IMG/VR virus record: IMGVR_UViG_3300032373_001168
Span: 1 to 39,092 of that record
Length of the DNA stretch: 39,092 nt
Strand: one strand, 5' to 3'
Source of the DNA: a virus
Lineage: Duplodnaviria > Caudoviricetes
The notes under the pieces: generated by a model
What the model was told of the DNA's origin: nothing
Databases searched by the model: none
What the model saw: only the letters and a program-made list of their open reading frames with translations
Part shown: in pieces, positions 37,000-39,092 of the stretch
Numbering within the stretch: the stretch's first letter is position 1
Layout of the letters: the number at the start of each line of letters is the position of its first letter
Position numbers and translations under genes: made by a program

Positions 37000-38244
37000 A
37001 TGACTGAAGTCACCCTCGGCGCTGTTCCATTCCAGGAGGCAATTGATCACTTCCGTGACAAGCTGAATCTACCCACTGAATATTGGGATCAGCTCACTGG
37101 TCAGGCACATGCCAAGGCGTTCACTGTGGCTGGTGCGACCAAGACCGAGCTGCTGCACGATATCCGTTCTTTGGTAGATGATGCGATCGCCGATGGCACC
37201 AGCATTTCTGATTTCCGCAAGGGTTTTGATAAGGCGGTGGCCAAGCATGGCTGGGACTTTAATGGCAAGCGTGGCTGGCGGACGCGGGTGATCTATGACA
37301 CCAATCTGCGCACGGCCCATGCTGCGGGTAAGTGGGAGCAGATTCAGCGGGTTAAGGATCGTCGGCCTTATATGAAGTATGAGGACGTGGGCGATGGTCG
37401 TGTTCGTGAGCTGCATGCTGAATGGGGAAAGATGTCTCCACTTTTGGTGGATGATCCTTGGTGGAATACCCATTACCCACCTAATGGCTGGGGTTGCCGG
37501 TGTGGTGTGCGAACCCTATCCCAACGACAAATGGAAAACGAAGGTTTAACTGTTGGTGAGGCTCCGCCGTTGAATCCGACCGAGCGTATTAATGTGAAGT
37601 CTGGCGAGGTTTATGGTGAGGTGCCGAAGGGTATTGATCCTGGCTGGGATTATAACGTTGGCCAGGAGTGGTTGCGGTTTGATAAGTCTGCCAGGTTGCC
37701 GGATTGTTCCAGTGGTGGGTTGTTTGATTTTGCTATATCTAAGACACCTTGCATTGCCCTGCTGGGTGGGCAGAAAACATGGCGTGATCATGGCCGACTT
37801 GATCTAAGAGATGTGGCTGCTGAGCATCGTATTGCTGCGCCGGAAATGTTGCCTCGGGCTGAGTCTGTTGATGAAGCTGTTTCAGCAATGAAGGCGGCGC
37901 TGGGAATGACGGCCGCAGTGCGGTCAGTGCGAACACCTGTGAATGAGACGGTGGTTTTTGATGAGGATTTTTTACCCCACCTGGTAGCAAAGCGCGCTGA
38001 TGCCAGGGAGCGTTATTCCAACTTTATTTTGCCGACGTTATTGACGCCGTATGAGGTTTATTTAACTGAGTATGGTGACGGCTGGCGCAGTCGTTATATC
38101 GGTCTATTCCAGGGCAAGAATGATTTGCTGGTGGTGGTGAGACGCAACCAGGATGGCAGCTTGTTTTGGAACATTATGCAGGCCAAAGATAAGAAGATGA
38201 ATCAGCAGCGGGTGGGTGAGCTGGTTTATAAGGTGGGTGAGTAG
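37000..38244 (+). CDS. MuF minor head protein fused to a C-terminal PBECR2-like nuclease-fold domain
   Basis: AFTVAG, IYDTNLRTA, DGRVRELH and YPPNGWGCRC (MuF); C-terminal HLVAKR..RERY...ILPTL..PYEVY...RYIGLF. Confidence 0.88.
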   Translation: MTEVTLGAVPFQEAIDHFRDKLNLPTEYWDQLTGQAHAKAFTVAGATKTELLHDIRSLVDDAIADGTSISDFRKGFDKAVAKHGWDFNGKRGWRTRVIYDTNLRTAHAAGKWEQIQRVKDRRPYMKYEDVGDGRVRELHAEWGKMSPLLVDDPWWNTHYPPNGWGCRCGVRTLSQRQMENEGLTVGEAPPLNPTERINVKSGEVYGEVPKGIDPGWDYNVGQEWLRFDKSARLPDCSSGGLFDFAISKTPCIALLGGQKTWRDHGRLDLRDVAAEHRIAAPEMLPRAESVDEAVSAMKAALGMTAAVRSVRTPVNETVVFDEDFLPHLVAKRADARERYSNFILPTLLTPYEVYLTEYGDGWRSRYIGLFQGKNDLLVVVRRNQDGSLFWNIMQAKDKKMNQQRVGELVYKVGE

Positions 38245-38356
38245 GTGGGGCGTTATGAACGTGCAGATACCGATTCTGCAGGCCCGCTTTCCCTGGCTAT
38301 TGGTACCGGAACCAGCCAGGTTCTCGACCCCACCTACCACGTGGCCTATTGGTCAC
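38237..38356 (+). ncRNA. Candidate multi-stem structured RNA downstream of MuF-PBECR2
   Basis: 10-bp closing stem GTAGGTGGGG/CCCCACCTAC enclosing GAAC/GTTC, TGCAGA/TCTGCA and CCTGGCT/AGCCAGG; extra hairpin at 38341-38356. Confidence 0.5.
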
Positions 38357-38549
38357 AATTTCATTATAGCTCAATTATTGGAAGTAAGAAGAAAGCGACC
38401 AGGCTAGTGCGTCAACACTAAAAACTCGTGATTATGTGATTTAAACCGTCTTTAAATAGCTGTCAATATCGTTTTAATGGTCATTTAAAGACATTTTCTA
38501 ACCAGTATTCGGTGGTTTTTTTACTGGTAAAAGTGCCGAATTGCTATTT

Positions 38550-38669
38550 TTTGTCGCAAATTGATCATTAATCACGATCAGGGCTGTTTTTGTCTAAGTC
38601 TCGGTTTTCTCGGCTTTTTTGTGTGATTCTCTCTCTTTCTCTTTGTCTCAAAACTAACACCACCCCACA
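38550..38669. repeat. Prophage terminus with putative transposase-binding repeats
   Basis: TTTGTCGCAAA (38550), TTTGTCTAAG (38589), TTTGTCTCAAA (38642), ending ...CCCCACA at 38669 (38671 also possible). Confidence 0.7.
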
Positions 38670-38679
38670 CATACAAAAC

Positions 38680-38706
38680 CTGGATTCCGGCCTGCGCCGG
38701 AATGAC
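38680..38706. repeat. Host REP-like palindromic element
   Basis: CTGGATTCCGGCCTGCGCCGGAATGAC (ATTCCGGC/GCCGGAAT stem; reads VIPAQAGIQ on the minus strand). Confidence 0.8.
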
Positions 38707-38745
38707 GCTGGTGGTTGCTACTTTAAGGCGGGGGATACGAAAGCC

Positions 38746-38792
38746 TTGACTCCCATTCAAATCAATCTATAATTCGAAATATGTCGAACTAT
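38746..38792 (+). promoter_or_regulatory. Sigma70 promoter and ArsR-type operator
   Basis: TTGACT-16-TATAAT; dyad TTCGA-N6-TCGAA overlapping the ATG (leaderless start). Confidence 0.75.
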
Positions 38793-39092
38793 CAAATAAA
38801 CAGCACCCCCCTTGATGAAATGTTCAAGGCCCTCAGCAACCCCCACCGCCTGGCATTGTTCTATCGTCTGATGAACTGCTGCGCCCCGGGCACCAAGTGT
38901 GGGGTAGAGGCAGAACGGTTTTGTGTGGGTGAGCTGGGCGAGGGCATGGATATCGCGCCATCGACTCTGTCACACCATCTCAAAGAGTTAAATCGCGCCG
39001 GGCTGATCCAGATGGAGCGACGAGGTAAGAATGTGGAGTGCTGGTTGGAGCCGAGTGTGCTGACCGAGCTGAGTGCCTTTTTTAAAATTTAA
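38781..39092 (+). CDS. arsR: ArsR/SmtB-family transcriptional regulator (host)
   Basis: FKALSNPHRL...CVGEL...APSTLSHHLKELNRAGLI; Cys-rich loop. Confidence 0.93.
   Translation: MSNYQINSTPLDEMFKALSNPHRLALFYRLMNCCAPGTKCGVEAERFCVGELGEGMDIAPSTLSHHLKELNRAGLIQMERRGKNVECWLEPSVLTELSAFFKI

Larger units (their letters stand above)
1..38669. mobile_element. Mu-like transposable prophage (siphovirus-type tail); left end not found in the window
   Basis: DDE transposase and AAA ATPase, Ner, Gam, GemA, Mor, DUF1804-like TerS, TerL, DUF935 portal, MuF, protease, capsid, gp36/G/gp37-like genes, tail tube and tape measure; repeats and ...CCCCACA at the right boundary. Confidence 0.96.

Noticed and set aside
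38262-38320. Paired TACCG-loop hairpins as a canonical ANTAR target
   Set aside because: Only the second forms a clean A1/G4 hexaloop, the spacing is long, and no terminator or gene follows; kept only as a structured RNA candidate
38241-38337. tRNA gene
   Set aside because: No recognisable D-arm or T-arm (GTTCRA) consensus, and the stem lengths do not fit a cloverleaf
22488-38340. Many - strand ORFs opposite the early and packaging genes
   Set aside because: Shadow frames of well-supported plus-strand genes
38578-38772. Two 60-aa ORFs at the right boundary
   Set aside because: They span the end repeats and the REP-like element and have no RBS; probably spurious

Overview
Nearly the whole window (1 to about 38669) is a Mu-like transposable prophage with a siphovirus-type tail. 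A candidate ...ACA terminus lies at about 38669, followed by host DNA (a REP-like palindrome and an ArsR-family gene); the other end is not identifiable and probably lies left of position 1. The layout is bidirectional. The repressor/Ner switch sits in the middle. The transposition, middle, lysis, terminase, portal and MuF genes run rightwards (+), and the protease, capsid and tail genes run leftwards (-). This is equivalent to Mu with its whole c-to-F half inverted. The two late arms start from matching promoters (CGTAAA-N4-TTTACG dyad, 25 bp, CAnnnT, leaderless ATG). Notable cargo: an orphan REC-ANTAR response regulator behind the repressor; an Acb2-like anti-CBASS gene between portal and MuF; a MuF-PBECR2-like nuclease fusion followed by a multi-stem RNA-like element instead of an immunity ORF; a repeat-rich appendage module behind the capsid gene; no tail-assembly-chaperone gene at the usual place; and a terminal tail gene whose C-terminal domain resembles bacterial PEP-CTERM surface proteins. 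Family assignments are from motif recognition and synteny, not database searches.
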